In this document: positions 42,469-57,400 of the stretch, piece by piece | How the letters are laid out: each line of letters opens with the position of its first letter | How positions within the stretch are numbered: the first letter of the stretch is position 1 | Assembly: GCA_030141605.1 (NCBI GenBank) | Contig: JAQGDQ010000020.1 | Location: forward strand, 930,001-994,000 | Reading direction: 5' to 3' | DNA length: 64,000 nt | Source of the DNA: Tubiluchus corallicola | Taxonomy: Eukaryota; Animalia; Priapulida | Made by a program: the position numbers and the translations under genes | Notes under the pieces: generated by a model | Databases searched by the model: none | What the model saw: the letters and a program-made list of their open reading frames with translations, nothing else | What the model was told of the DNA's origin: nothing

Positions 42469-45400
42469 GAATGCGACGAAGACGAAGTAGACACCACATC
42501 CAAAGCACAGAAAGTCGTAACCGTCGGCATTTGTGCCATGAGGAAGAAGACTCACTCGAAGCCGATGAAACAAATTCTGAGCAGACTAGAAAAGTTCACA
42601 TATATACAGGTAAGAAGCTTTACTTTGTGTGACCTAACAGCATGTCTCATTCCAGATGTACATTTCCTATGTGACTTCGTGCTTTGCATGCCTCTATTAT
42701 CTAGGAATATAATTCGTTTTATGTTTGCCTCACTGCTTTTCATTGTCAAAGATGAACTCTCCAAACATTTTTAAACGTTTTTACTTATGACATTCAGAGG
42801 AGTGAGTTTATTCGCCAAGGTAACTCGCAAGTGCATTCAGACTAGAGAGCCTCAACTCGCAACTGCCGGAGAGTTTACAAAAACTTGCCGACAGTATCTC
42901 GCAAGGCAGTTCACACTTGCGAGTTTGCTGTTAGACAGAAAGCTCGTGAGAGACAATTCACTATTCTGAACATGCCTTAGGTTGTCAGGCTTCTAAAAGA
43001 AGGTAAATAGAATACTGAAAATGTATAATTTGATTGAAAGAATTCTACAATTGCTTGACAGCTTAGGCCATATATGATCTTAGTGTGTCAGTGTGTTGTG
43101 CCATTGTACTAACCGCAATAAGGAGTGATATTTTTAAGATTATTTTTACTTATTTGTGCAAACACTATAATTTCAGAGAAGCACCTGTACTTTCCAGATT
43201 TCAAGATTTTTCGATTTTTTTTCCACGAATACATCACAAATATGTCTGTCAACTTTAAACAAAAGTTGTACCACGTTTTAGTTGTAACAATTACGTGACA
43301 TTAATTTTCTTGAGTGCAAATAATAATGTAGGAGTGGTATTGACCGTGATTTTTATTTCCCCCATTTTCACATTTTCATTTTATTTATGGTCTTCATCTA
43401 CAGAGTCTGTAAGCACCTCTATTCCTAATGCTGATTAATTACAAATTTTGCAAAAGATGCATAATTTTATTCCTAATTAATCATTCTCAATTAATAGTTT
43501 ATGAGAAAGGACTTACATGTATGGCAATTTACTTTCACTGCTGGGAACGGTATAAATAAAGTGGTGTTTATTCGTGATGTCATCTCCTGGTTTACCTAGA
43601 ATCCAACCAGTTTAATCTGAAATATTCTAATCTAGTTTTTGGGTTTTTGGTAACAATTATATATGCAATGTTTTTGCCTTTAGACATTTTTGCAAATACG
43701 ATAATTATTGTTGGGATGTACTAGCTTGTATGATTGAAGATTCCCCGCATTGAATGGTGCGTGCGCTTTCTGTCGGCGGGTTTTTTAGCCAATTTGCTCT
43801 TTGTGTTTTACTTTTTTTGAATAAATAGTTTACCACCTAATCCAATCATTTTGGCTTATGTTCAACAATATAGATAATTATGAATTAGCCTGTTATAATC
43901 AACTGTGCTAATATTATTTCACAATAGTTTGTAGAATTGTTTATTATTTAAACATATTTAGCAGTGCAAGTCAGTGGTAGGACCTTTTAACTATGTAATT
44001 TGTACCTTACTTTCTGATAATGGTACTTAGAGGAATCATTACAATTATGAACGAGACATAATAGATTAAGCAGATTTTCAAATGCTGATCCTACCTATGT
44101 TATGCATTTCGTTTTAATACAGTTTGACACACTGCAAGCCAGAATGCTAGCTCTCAATGGCAGGACCTGCTACTAAGACTAAGTGATTTTGGCTGAACCA
44201 GAATCATGCTAATTATTCATAAAAATCCTTTAAGATAACACCAAAATGACAAAGGTGTCTTATCCACACTCAAATGTGTTAAGTCTCTTAGTTTTAATGA
44301 CAAAGACAAAAGACTTCAGTACTCCCTCAACTGCGCTCAATGCCGTCTCTACAGTCCTGCCTAAAAAACTGTGGTACAGGCAGTATAATATGCAGTGTAT
44401 ATTAATTGATGCAGCTTGTGTAACAAAAAACTCTGTGTACATATATATATATAATTTAGAAGATAAATTTCTACTGTGTAAATTTAATACTACGATGGTT
44501 CTTCTGTTTAATTACTGTCATCTGTTAAACCTACATTCCCGCAAACTAATCCTTACAAACCAAACCTCGTGCTAGTCAGAAATTTTTGAAGTGGTTTTTG
44601 TGGAATTAAAGTCTCTTCAGTCAGCGATTTAGCATCTGGGAGGGGTGAGCATTCTCTACCAGATGTGAGTTCGAACTCGAGTCAAATTTGTGACTTTCGA
44701 ACTCGGTTTTAACTGAATTTCGATATTTCACACCTGAATTAAATACGGATTCATTTGTAAAGATTTTGGAATACATTTTGAATCATTAATAAAAAGACCT
44801 CACAAACATGCATATTACTTGATTTTATTCTGTAGTCGGAATTCGTTTCAAAATTGCACACAGAAATCACAAATAAAATTGTGCTGATCGCACTATGTTT
44901 CAAATGTTTCAGTGATAAAAAATGTATATAGTTGAAGTGCTGAATTATTCAAAACTATAATTTTATGTTCGAATTGAATTTGAACTAAGAAAACTCCCAC
45001 TGCTCTCTCATCTGGTGCAAGTTAAAGCATTAAATAAATGCAAATAATGAGATACATGATTAAGGTCAGCGGATGGTAGTGACTGATGTTAGAAGCTGCG
45101 TTGCACAAGTCTGTGTCACAGTAGCACATAGACACTCCATCACTGGACCTGCACGTGTTCTCTAGTCCTTTAAGCTTCTCGGTACAGCCTCTCAAGATGG
45201 ACTTTACATCTGAAAAGCATTATGAAACAATGACAAACTTTTTCAGTAGTGAAGAATGACTCATTTTGTTAAGTTTATTTTTTATTACTTTATTACATTT
45301 TGAATTATTGCTCTACCGACTTCTTTAGTATTTTATTACCTTTTGCTAGCTTTGTTACCATTATTTTACTCGTAAATGGACAGTACTTGCAGTTCATTTT

Positions 45401-48400
45401 CTATCCTCGCCTATAAAATTCATACTTGAATAACCGAATTTCCTTGTGAGTAAATGTATTTTATAAAACAGCAATTTGTTTAACTCCAACTGCCATTAAC
45501 ACCATTTTTAATTTCATTCTCATTATTATTTGTTTTTCAATAGTGGTTGCTAGGTGATACAATGGTCTTTCACCACCCTGCCTCATTCTGTTTATTTTCT
45601 ATGGCAAACTAACCATATTTAGAAAAACTGGTGCTTTCATTGCCTGCGTTTTACGATAGAGTGAGGAAAACCAGGTTGCTTTGTGCTAAGCTAAGTTACA
45701 TATTAAGTACATGTCCAGCAAGTTAGATTTTCGATGTGCCTTTTATTTTTTAGCTGCGACAAAACTGTAGTCCCCTAAATTGGCATCTTTAGCAGAGAAT
45801 ATCCTTATGCTGTAGCCTAATTTGCACCTAAATTGTAGCCTGAAATGTTTTTAATTGAGCATCTGTTATACGTAAAAGGAGGAAATGTGATGAAAGTTGT
45901 CCGTTTTGAAAACCTTGAAGTATTAGAAATAAGTAATCAGCAGGTTCATAGTTGTTTAGATAAAACGACAGGCCTCTGCAGGTTCTGTATGTTAGTGAAC
46001 AGACTAGCGACCACCTAAGAAAAGCTTTACAAATTTTACCATCTTTGTCAACCAACTCCTTGTTGCAAGTTTGTCCGAAGATCGTCACACCACTACACTC
46101 TTGTACGAGTATATCCTTATTGGTTGCAGCTTTTGTCTCGAAGTCCACATCATCATCAAAGCACTCATCTGCAGAAAACATCGGCATGTTTGTCATTTTC
46201 TTTTCTGGCACTTGCATAGATAGGCTAACTGGACTGTAGCCTGGGGCTCCAAATTTCAAGGTGTGCCAGATTGTAGGTGCCCAGTGTTAAAAAAATCTTA
46301 TTCTCCTCGAAAAATGTGTATCCCACAAGCAGTTACCGAACCCAATTTTATACGAGTGCTACAGAACTATAAGGTGATACACCACAAGCAGTTGCACAAC
46401 CTGGTTGTATGGAAGTGCTGCACAAATATATGTACATAATTAACAATCACCACATAGGTACTACTTATAATAGTGCTATGTATAATAGTGCTACTAATAC
46501 ACTACAAACAATTTTATATTGCCCACTTATATATATGTATATATACATGTATATATGTGTTTGTGTGTGTGTGCGCGCGTACATGCGTGCGTGATGGACA
46601 AGACAGAACTATCAGCTTAGGCATCATAATATTTTGATACCCCTTTAATTACACGATAACTAAAATGGCCATTTTTGGGAAAACACTGTAGCTACAACAG
46701 GTGTTTTTAAGACCGAAAATAGCTTTGAACATAGTTATCATATATTGAACACCCTCAAGTTTCATTCAATTTGCCAGCTAATAGGTTTTACTAAAAGATC
46801 ACTTTTTAGCAAATATTTAGGCTACAATTCTGTAGAAAAATAAACACCTGTGAAAGAAGATATGTGAAAATTCAATGTGATGTTTGTTCAGACAAAACTG
46901 GTCTTACAAAATGAAAGTTTTTTAACTCAAGTATCAGTTAAGCACAATAACCACTCTGTGTGAGACTCGGGTAATACATCATTGCTTAATTCGTCATTAA
47001 TCGATTTAGCAAGTCAATTACGGTGATTGATTACTGAGGCAAAAGTAATCAGCAATGGCTATTATTCAAAACTTCAGGTATCACCCATCACTGCTACTCC
47101 ATCAAACAGAAAAACTTTATTAGTTTAGTGAATTCTACAGTCTACTAGACAAGTGATGAAAGTGGCTCCATCCAGTGAAAGCTGTAAGAAACACAGTAAA
47201 GCCACTAATGTCGTTTTGCTCACTGAACTTGTGCAAACAAAGGAAAAGGTAATCAAAAGTGTTTTCCCAAATCAATTTGAAAATTCATAGCTGTTTGAAT
47301 CAAATGCTAAAAAAGTTCTTTTATGGCTGGCACCCTATACTTGAAAAGTTATCACAAGTATACATAAACTTATATTTCAATATTGTAAATATTATGATTA
47401 TTAAATGTCTTTAATATCATATTATTTAATGTCTTTTTTAATCCCACTTCTTATTCTCAAAAATCAAAAATCACAAAATTCTTAAAAAGAGTAAAGACAC
47501 CATTCTCATTGACAAACCAATATGAATCTGACCCTTGCTCATCTGACGGCAAACTCGCATGTCAGAGAATTGCTTTAAGAGTTACTCGGCAAGTTGTTGC
47601 AAACTCTTCAACAGTTGTTGCGAGAAGCTCTTCCTTTTGGGTTTTCATTAATTCTCGTTGTTTTGTTGGTTTTTATTTATTCTTTTCGGTTTCTTCTGCG
47701 CAGGAGGGCAAATCAATTCCTGACGCCCCTTTTAAGGCAGTGGTAACAACAACGTGGTTACAGTTGTTTCTGTGAGTGCTTTTTATACTTACCCGTACCA
47801 ATCTTCCCCCCTCCTGTACAACTGTAACACTTCAGTGCGAGCCCTGAAAATGTATACAATGATAAAAAATGACAAAACTGTGCCAATATGTTATATATGC
47901 ATATACATAATGTGTTCCAGTGTTGTGGGGTTCTGTCTTGTGCATACTTATGCATACATATTCAAATTTTAGTTGTCCACAGCTTAATATTACATCCTTA
48001 TGCAATTCTCTGTATTTAAATTAATGTTGTCAAACTGATATTAAAGTTTCAGTATCACTGCTTAATGCATAATTGATATACCGCAGACACAACCAAACTT
48101 TCTCAGATGTTTGTGAGATTTAAAACAAGAAGTTTCTTACCAACAGTTAGGCAAGCAAATCCAATTATGATCACAGCACCAATTTGCTTCATATTTGGAT
48201 AAAAAAGTCCCCAAACATAGATTTAATCCTAGAAACATAAACATAAGCACAAACAACATACTTTTGTATGTCCAAAATATTAATATCAAGTTTCAAGTTT
48301 ATTTAATGTCCTACAAGTAAACATGAATAATCCTGGAAAATGTGTGAAAAAAATAGACATATGACAAAGTAACTAATAATATTTAATAGCAAATAGACTG

Positions 48401-51400
48401 AAGCGACCTTAAATTGTAGCTATGCATCAGACTGGATGTAAACATTCACAAATTTCCATACTTCGGTATATTGAAACTAATAAAAAAAAGATAACATTAT
48501 AATAAATAACATACCAGGCTCTAATCTAACTCATTTTAATATTCTATTAATAACAGCACAGTATTATTTAGCAAGTCAACTGCAACACAAACAACTTTTT
48601 AAAAATGTGCTTCTGCATTTTTAAAATATTTACTATTCTACGTCAGAATGTATATGAATAAAGGCTTTACATATTTTCATACATAAGCACATTGCAACCT
48701 AGTAAGTAAGATCACAACAGTATGATCGAAAACTTACCACTTTCTTATACTACAACACTGAAAGATGGAATCCTGTTTCAAGTTACTCCCAGTCACAGTA
48801 GTCCAGCACTTGCAACAAGTGTTTATGGCTGCTAGGGATAGTTTTACAGGATTCACTCAACTGCACAGGGATAGATTTACAAGCTGTCACTCAGCTGTTC
48901 CTGGTCTTCTTCGGGTGTGGATCAACTGGGTCACGGTTAGCTACTTTGGCACACATATTTAAGCTAATCTTTTTTATTTTATGCAGTTCGGCACAATCCG
49001 ATTCTCAGTGGCAAGCTTAGTTAGTTTTTATGGTTGTGGCCTTTAAAGCAGGATGAGTTACTGAACCAGCAGAGGCGTTTTAGTCACGCTGATAAGCAAA
49101 TACATCCTTTTCACACAATTCTTCAAATAAAAATTAACTCCTAGTTCGAAAATCCATTGGTTCATCTTTTCTTCATTTCTTTCATATTCCAAAAACAGCT
49201 GTTTAGTAAGACTGTGCTGATATCAAGTAAAGTTGGTTGATAAATTATTTTGCACTCACTTTGTGGTTGTGGCCGTGTCTGTAGACTTACAGTCAGTGAG
49301 CTCATTGATTTTTATTTTTTCCCAGCAGGTTAAGCATGACTTTACACACCATCTAATTTTGTACAAATTTATTGCAAAATATGTGGCACAACACCTATAA
49401 CAAAATACATAATTATGAGTACTAGTAATATGATCGACAGAATGCATTTCAACTTTAATATGGTGCTAATCTGTTTTCTATTGTCTTTGAGAAAAGAGTA
49501 GTAGTGTTTGAAAATTGCATTATCCCTATGTGCTGCAGTGCCACCACTCCTAGTAAAGAAACTATATCAAATTTATTCTTATTATTTTCATCATTATGGA
49601 ATTGAAAATGTATTAACTAGATTATAAAATTATAATTTTCGTTATGCTAATTCAATTTGTTTTAACGAGAAAAATTTATGGCAGTAGGATAATAAAATAA
49701 ACATACGTGCGTATGGTACTGTAAAATGGGAGATAGGGCATTTGGCTGCCACCATTTGAGCACCGGAAAATTTGGCAGTATTCACTTTGCATCTCTCATT
49801 GAAAATAATCATTGCTCATAACATGAACAACATTTATAATGAAGTTAAATTTTTATTACAAATACGATCAGAAAGCTACAAGGTACATCAATGAATAACT
49901 TTCTTATTGTTCTTGTCTCGTTCTTCTTGTTCAGGTAATAAGTTTTTGCCAGTTTATATATTGTGTCATCACTGACACACATGATTTGTGTTCTAATTTT
50001 TTGCAAAAGAAACAGATGCATGGTAACAATAAATGACATTGTGAATGACATATTTAAGCAGGTGGGTAAAAAACTCAATAAGCAAGTAACCCAGCGCTTT
50101 GCATTCTGGCCAAGTTTCTAACAAAACTAAGAATAAATTAATTTGTGTTACAGATATTACTGTTCAATGAATCTCAGGTGGTTCAGTCACCAGTTGAAGA
50201 GTGGCCTCTGTGTGATTGTCTCATCAGCTTCCATTCCAAGGACTTCCCTCTTCACAAAGCTTTGAAATATGCCGAACTCCGAAAGCCACTGATGATAAAT
50301 GATGTGAAATCACAGTTTGGTATTAGAGACAGGTAAACAAAGCCATATTGTGTCTGTCAGAAACAGGTAAGCAAAGCCATATGGTGCTGTCAGAAACAGG
50401 TAAACAAAGCCATATGGTACTGTCAGAAACAGGTAAGCAAGGCCGTATGGTTCTGTCAGAGACAGGTAAGCAAAGCCATATGGTGCTGTCAGAGACAGGT
50501 AAGCAAAGCCACATGGTACTGTCAGAAACAGGTAAACAAAGCCATATGGTACTGTCAGAAACAGGTAAACAAAGCCATATGGTACTGTCAGAAACAGGTA
50601 AGCAAAGCCATATGGTACTGTCAGAAACAGGTAAGCAAGGCCGTATGGTTCTGTCAGAGACAGGTAAGCAAGGCCGCATGGTTCTGTCAGAGACAGGTAA
50701 GCAAGGCCGTATGGTTCTGTCAGAGACAGGTAAGCAAAGCCGCATGGTGCTGTCAAAGACAAGTAAGCAAGACCGTATGACGCTATCAGAAACAGGTAAG
50801 TGAAGCCGTACAGTGCTACTAGAGACAGGTAAGCAAAGCCGTACAGTGCTACTAGAGACAGGTAAGCAAAGCCATACAGTGCTACTATAGACAGGTAAGC
50901 AAAGCCCTACAGTGCCATTGGAGACAGGTAGGCAAAGTCCTACAATGGTATCAGAAACAGGTAAGTGAAGCTGTACAGTGCTACTAGAGACAGGTAAGCA
51001 AAGCCATACAGTGCTACTAGAGACAGGTAAGCAAAGCCCTACAGTGCTATTGGAGACAGGTAAGCAAAGTCCTACGATGGTATCAGAAACAGGTAAGTGA
51101 AGCAGTAAGTTGGTATGTACAAAAACTGGTAAACGGTATCGTACAGTGCTATTAGAGACAGGTAAGCAAAGCAGTAAGGTGGTGCTTAGAGAGACAGGTG
51201 TGCAATGGCATACAGTGATGTTAGGTAAAGGTAAGTGTGCAGTACCGTGATATTGGAGAACAGGTAAATGAAGCCATATCATGGTATCACAGACAGGTAG
51301 GCAAAATCATACATCAGAGATAAGTTGCATTAGACATAGGTAAATGGAGCTGTATGCAGGCAATACAGACAGTGTTAGTGAAGCCATACATCGATATTAG

Positions 51401-54400
51401 AGACAAGTAAGTGAAGCCATACAGTGTTAGTAGAGACAGGCAAGTGAAACCGTATGGTGGTATGAGACAAGTAATGGGAGCCTTGTTAGGTTACGATAGA
51501 CATCCTGGTTATAATAGTGAATATCTACTGGTGTTTTTTGAAACCGACATTATAGTCTCATTTTCGAGAACATAAGCTGTTTTGTTTTCTAATGAGCTTT
51601 GCATGCTTCTAATTATTTTTCTTGCAAAATAAATTTTCTTCACTCGGTCGGTTTTAATGGAAAAAATAACAAAAACTGTTAGACTGCTTAGTGCATGCAT
51701 TTAGCAATTAAAACTCTCTTTTTCCAGTTCAACATATGGTCTGCTAACTTTTCAACACACAGTTCAAAATTCTATATTCACTTTCTAAGCCAATTACGTC
51801 CTACATTAGTTATTAAATGCTCAGCATATGCTGAGAGCTGCCTTAGTAAATGGACAGACAGTTTTTGACCTTTGTGTGAAAATTTGCTAAACGAACGAGC
51901 ATTTTTAAAATTGTCTGATGTTATTGTGTTTGCAGGAGAGAGGTCTATCGAATACTGGAGAAAGAAGGAATAGAGTTACCTCGATATGCTGTTCTTAATA
52001 GAGATGCTGGCTGCTCTAATGGTGAGTAGTAGGAAAAGCGTTTTGTGGGCAGAGCTGCTGTAAAGGTACTGCAAGGCACAGCTTTAACACCTCAAACACT
52101 CAAAATAATGCATGCTGCCATAACTGTACCATCTCACATCGTATGTACAGTAATTGTACCTAACCACTGTTATAAACTGTAACACCTACTCTGTTCTTCC
52201 AAAAATTGCTCATACTGGCAATGTGGGAAATCATTCTTTCTCGCTGAATGTGTTATCCATACATGCGATCAGACCCAAAATTATTGTTTTACTTCCTGTG
52301 TATACTTCCCATGTACCTTATGTCATAATATGTCTTGTGACAATGACATTTCATTGTTTTTCACCACAAACACTGATAAATATTTGTTGTCAAAAAAAAT
52401 AAAGCTTAATCCTTTGACCTACAGCTATCTGGAATTTCATTAAAGAGAAAGCGTATGGTGGCCGCATAGAGAGATTTGTTGCAAATTGTTAAGTGCTGGG
52501 ACTAAACAACCCATTAAAGAACTAATAAACCGTGTTGACTATTGAAAGAAATACTTTCGTCTAGTTTTTGCCTAGAAAATAGTAGACACATAGACAAATA
52601 GCAGACTAGGTGACTTTATAGTCTATTCGCTATCTTTTCTCTAGTTCTAGATCTATCTATACATGTTAACCATTTTTCAAAACTTATTAGAGATTCTTTT
52701 ATTAATCATGTTTTATTGTAACACTATAAAGAGATAAATAAATTGAAATAAATTGAAATTGAATAGAGCACTTGCTATAAATTTTAACAATAGTGATAAC
52801 ACTTTTTCAGGCATTTATTTTTTGACTTGCTATTTTAAAACTTCTCTATCTTTTGAAAAATCTAAGGGAGTGACCTAAAATTTATAGATCTGTCTGTAAC
52901 ATCAGAATGGTGACTTTCAAGCGATTCTGTTATTTCCTTATAATATCGTGATCAAAGCATTGGCACATTTTTTGTGCCACCTGATATATATTATTGGTTT
53001 TGCATAGCAATGAAATTTGCTTTACAAAAATTGTTTATATTCGAACATTTCGTCTCCATTTTTTTCTTCTTCTAATGTTTTATTTCTTTAGAGTATCCAT
53101 GGTATCCACAGTTTCCCTGGTCACCTAGCAACACCTCTCAGTTAGTCGAACATGATGACCACATAGAAGTGAACGGAATCGTCTTCAATAAACCTTTCGT
53201 GGAGAAACCCGTGTCAGCAGAGGACCATAACGTTTTTATTTATTATCCGTCGTCTGCTGGCGGTGGCAGCCAAAGGTTGTTTCGAAAGGTAAGCACCTCC
53301 TTTGTTAGTTGTTTGGCATCTGAAGGTATTATAGGCAAAGCAGCTCCTCTTGTAGAGTGCCATAACGCTTGCATCTTTACCCTTCCTCGTGGCTGCTTTT
53401 GGCAATAGCTGCGTAGCTCTTTGTAGAATGTTCTAGATTTAAAGGAAAAAAATCAGCTTACAAACAAAAGAACGACATTTTATGTATTTTAATATACTCT
53501 TAGAAATATTGAAATTACCACAGAATTTACGTGCATAAAAGTCTTGCTTAAAATGCAGAAAAAATTTAAATCATTTATATTCCCACCAAATGTACCTCGT
53601 TGCAGGCACGTTTGAAAAATGATGTAAGCTGGTGGACAGCACGAAGGCATGCATAAGAAAACCTCTACAGTTTATTCAGAAATTCTGCTACACTAGCTGA
53701 TTAGTGCTTTGCATTTAACTACATTTACATAAAAATGAGTCATTACATCAATTAGCAACAGCTTAAAGTGCTTACATATTCACAGAATTATACCTCAGAA
53801 TACGTAAGTACTACACACAATGTACATACGATACAGATAAGCGTGGACTTCTGTGAGCATACAGTAGGTGCTAGACAGGTTACTTAGCTTATATATTTCA
53901 GTTTTAACTTGTCCAAATAACTGTTCTGTTACTTTGTCCACGTTAACTAGCCGACATTGAAGTTATTATGTTATCCTCTGGTAACTGGTTTTCATTACCA
54001 TTGGATAGTGGGTAACAGGATCCAGCAAAAAGCAAAAAAATAGTATTTGTAATCTCTCGCTTAGTGTTCTAGATAGTCTGATTGTCTATTGTTCATAATA
54101 ATTGCAAAAAAGTTTGCTCAAGTATGGCATGGTATTGTATGGTAACCGTATGAAACCATTTTTCATTCAAAGTGAGCTCAACTAAGCGTGAAATGATCGC
54201 GATTTTAAATTGATTTTACTGATTACATGACGAGCTTGTCGCAATTTTATTGCTGAAACTTTCTGACATTTTTCTCAAGTATTAAAATAAGTTCAACTTC
54301 CTGAGAGACTTGGATTTGCCTTTAAGTTTTTGAAATGTCCATTATGCATAACCACGTGGTATAACTTTGTGTGTTACGATGGATGCCATACAGCTATACC

Positions 54401-57400
54401 ACGGATACTATAAAGCCTAGATTTTTCCTTTAAGTAGCTGTTTCTAACGTATGTTGATTTTCCATTATTTTATATAACTCAGTACACACTGCAAGCCTGA
54501 ATATTCAGTGGCATGGTCTTCTTAATGCAGATGTTTGTGGAAGAGCCTGGAACTTGGCTCACTGCCAAGATTAGTCCTCGAAGATGAGACACTGAACTAG
54601 CAGGGGTGTCCTAGCACGTTCAGATGTTTTGATGTGAATAAATACATCATCCGTCAGTAATAGAAATAACCAGAATCAGTGATGACAGAAATTTTCCCAG
54701 AACGAGTATTAAAAGCTGGCAGTTGCTTTTCCAATTACTGACCAGCCTTGGCATTGCTTAACTTTGGCCTTTAAGCATTCATTGTGACAATTTGGCTATC
54801 CTGTGAACACTTGCTTGAAGCTTGCTTATGCCATATTTTGTTTTTTTAAATGAAGTAGCTCTATGAATATGCCTTTTCTTACAATAGCTTAATTATTTTA
54901 TTTATAACAACAAGGCAAAACAACCGAAATCAACTGGTAGATTTTAAAGGTGGCAGTTGCAGCAACATTTCATGTATTACCACTCTACTGGGAGTTTACC
55001 TTTGATTTTTACCTTTCAGGTGGGCAGCAGAAGTAGTGTATATTCACCGGAAAGCCGTGTTCGTACGACTGGTTCGTACATTTACGAAGATTTCATGCCT
55101 ACAGATGGCACTGATGTCAAGGTACTTAATTATAAGTCTGTTTGTTCCTTGCTTTTGCAATAGATGTCACCATGGTAAAATATTAGCATTATTCGTGTTG
55201 CTTGTACTAATAAACTGTGGATGGTTAATAAATTATTCGTGCCATTTGTGACGGTGCTCCAATTTTCTGGGAATGAGTTGCTCTTGTTTTTAAAAAAAGT
55301 ACAAAAGAAAGAGCCAATTGCATCAAACAAACCTGAGAAGAACTCGTCTGGTTTACTAACAGTTTAGATACATGGGCCGCACTTGCGGCCTACACTTTAA
55401 ATATATAGGGCTTCCTAGATGGATAATAGCTTGGTATATTTTTTATTTAAACTATATTATTATAATTGTATTATATTATTGTTGGAAATTATTTCCCTGT
55501 TAACTGCAAACCTATCATTTCAAGAGAACATTAAGAGATACTATTTCATAGTGTTTAAGTTCCTACTAATCAGATGCACTGTAATTGTTTAAATTTTATA
55601 AAAAGTTTTAATGCGTATAAGGATTATATGCAGTTGACGCCGTTTAATAGACTCACGGTTAATAGACTCAATTGCTTAATTGACTCAAAAATGCCTGGTA
55701 TGGGCCGCTTCTATTCAATTGTACATAAAAACTGTCTGTAATTAACTCAAATAATTTGCATAATTGACTCAATATTTTTCTTTTACGTGCTTCAAGAAGA
55801 CACTTTTGTGTAACTAATGAGCTTTTATGACTTTTATATCAGTTTAATTCGCTTTTGTCCTATAATATACATAGAAACAATCATGTTAAGTACCGTTTTG
55901 TTTGTAAGCAAGAACGTTTATCATATGCTAATATGCCAGCCTAATGGTTTGCTTTGACTAGCCCGTCCACTGCAGCTAACCTCGTTACCCAAGAATTCAT
56001 GGAAGCTAAACATTTAATCACTTGCTTAGCCATTTGCTTTTAAAGGTCTGACTGTGTTTGCCCGAAAGTTTAATCAGTTGGTTACTGCTGTTATGCTAGG
56101 AACGCAGCTACAGGTACAGTACAGTACGTCACGATAGCAAACGGGATAGACGAAACTATAGTCAAAGCTGCAGGGAAGCACGGGCGCCACCAGCTAAGCA
56201 CTATGTATTTTGCGAGAATTTGTGCATCATACAACAACAGATTTTCAACGTTTTTATCATTATGAGAACTTTGTGAGCCAACTTCTTCGCAATAAAATGA
56301 AGCAGCTGACTGAAGGAATTTTTGTAATTTTTGCAAATAAACAGACTTGTGTGATTTAGAAAAGTACACTAGAAGTACACTACGCTAATCCTAGAAAGCA
56401 AAACTCGCAAAGTTCGCTTAGAATCCACATGTTATTCGTAACCACCACCCAAACAGTAAACTACCTGAAGAACCATAATTTGCTTCTTTTCACAATAGTT
56501 GCAGGTAATCTCAAGATGTCTTCCATATGTTCTACTAAGATTGTTCATGGTTTTCATTTGCTGCAGTTATGTAAAAATAAAGTGCTAAAGATTACATCTG
56601 ATGATCTTCCTCTGTACTCCTAGGTTTACACAGTGGGACCAGAATATGCACACGCTGAAGCACGCAAATCGCCCGCCTTGGACGGGAAGGTGGAACGAGA
56701 CAGCGAGGGAAAGGAGATTCGATATCCTGTGATACTCAATAATCCAGAAAAACTCATTGCTCGTAAAGTGTGCATTGCGTTTAAGGTATATTACTTGCTC
56801 ATTGTTGTACATTGCTTGCCATTCTGTCCTGGCTGAAACTCGTCAGTGATTAGTGAATAGGACAAATGCCTTTTAATCAAGTTTTTTCTCTCGGGCTTTT
56901 TATCTAAGGAATTTTTTACAAATACATTATTTCTTGTTAACTGCAACTTTATTCTCTTCAACACTAGCAGATTTGGGACAGATCCGTCTTCATATCATTA
57001 ACATTGTTTTTTTAGTTGATAAACAGTTTTCTGACTGCAGAGAAATTAGTGTAGACTCTTTCTTGGACCCTAAAGGAAAAAACAAGTTACTTAACATGTT
57101 GAGTTTACTTATTGTTATCACTTAAACTTAGGTGAATATATAACAAAGAAATCTGCAACAAAGCTGTCTATAAGGCATAAAGTAATATGGACTGCCATTG
57201 TATAGAAATTTTTAAGTGTGGCGGTAACCCCCATTCACTTGAAAATTATGACATAACTGGTGGATTTCATGATTTTTCGTAAGCACATCCTAGTTTCCAG
57301 TGAGCTTGCGCTACTCAAATTAGTTCAAACTTCTATCGCTTACCTAATATTCGTACAATAATTTCACAAAATTGGCTATCTGATTTTTTTGTAAAACCTT

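Noticed and set aside
45828-46259. 143-aa antisense ORF within a PPIP5K intron
   Set aside because: No recognisable domain and no clear start or splice context. It is probably a repeat remnant.
50310-51282. Long repetitive ORFs (319, 151, 150 aa) and a superficial CRISPR-like periodicity
   Set aside because: These are by-products of a 33-bp (multiple of 3) minisatellite. There are no unique spacers or cas genes, and the context is a eukaryotic intron.
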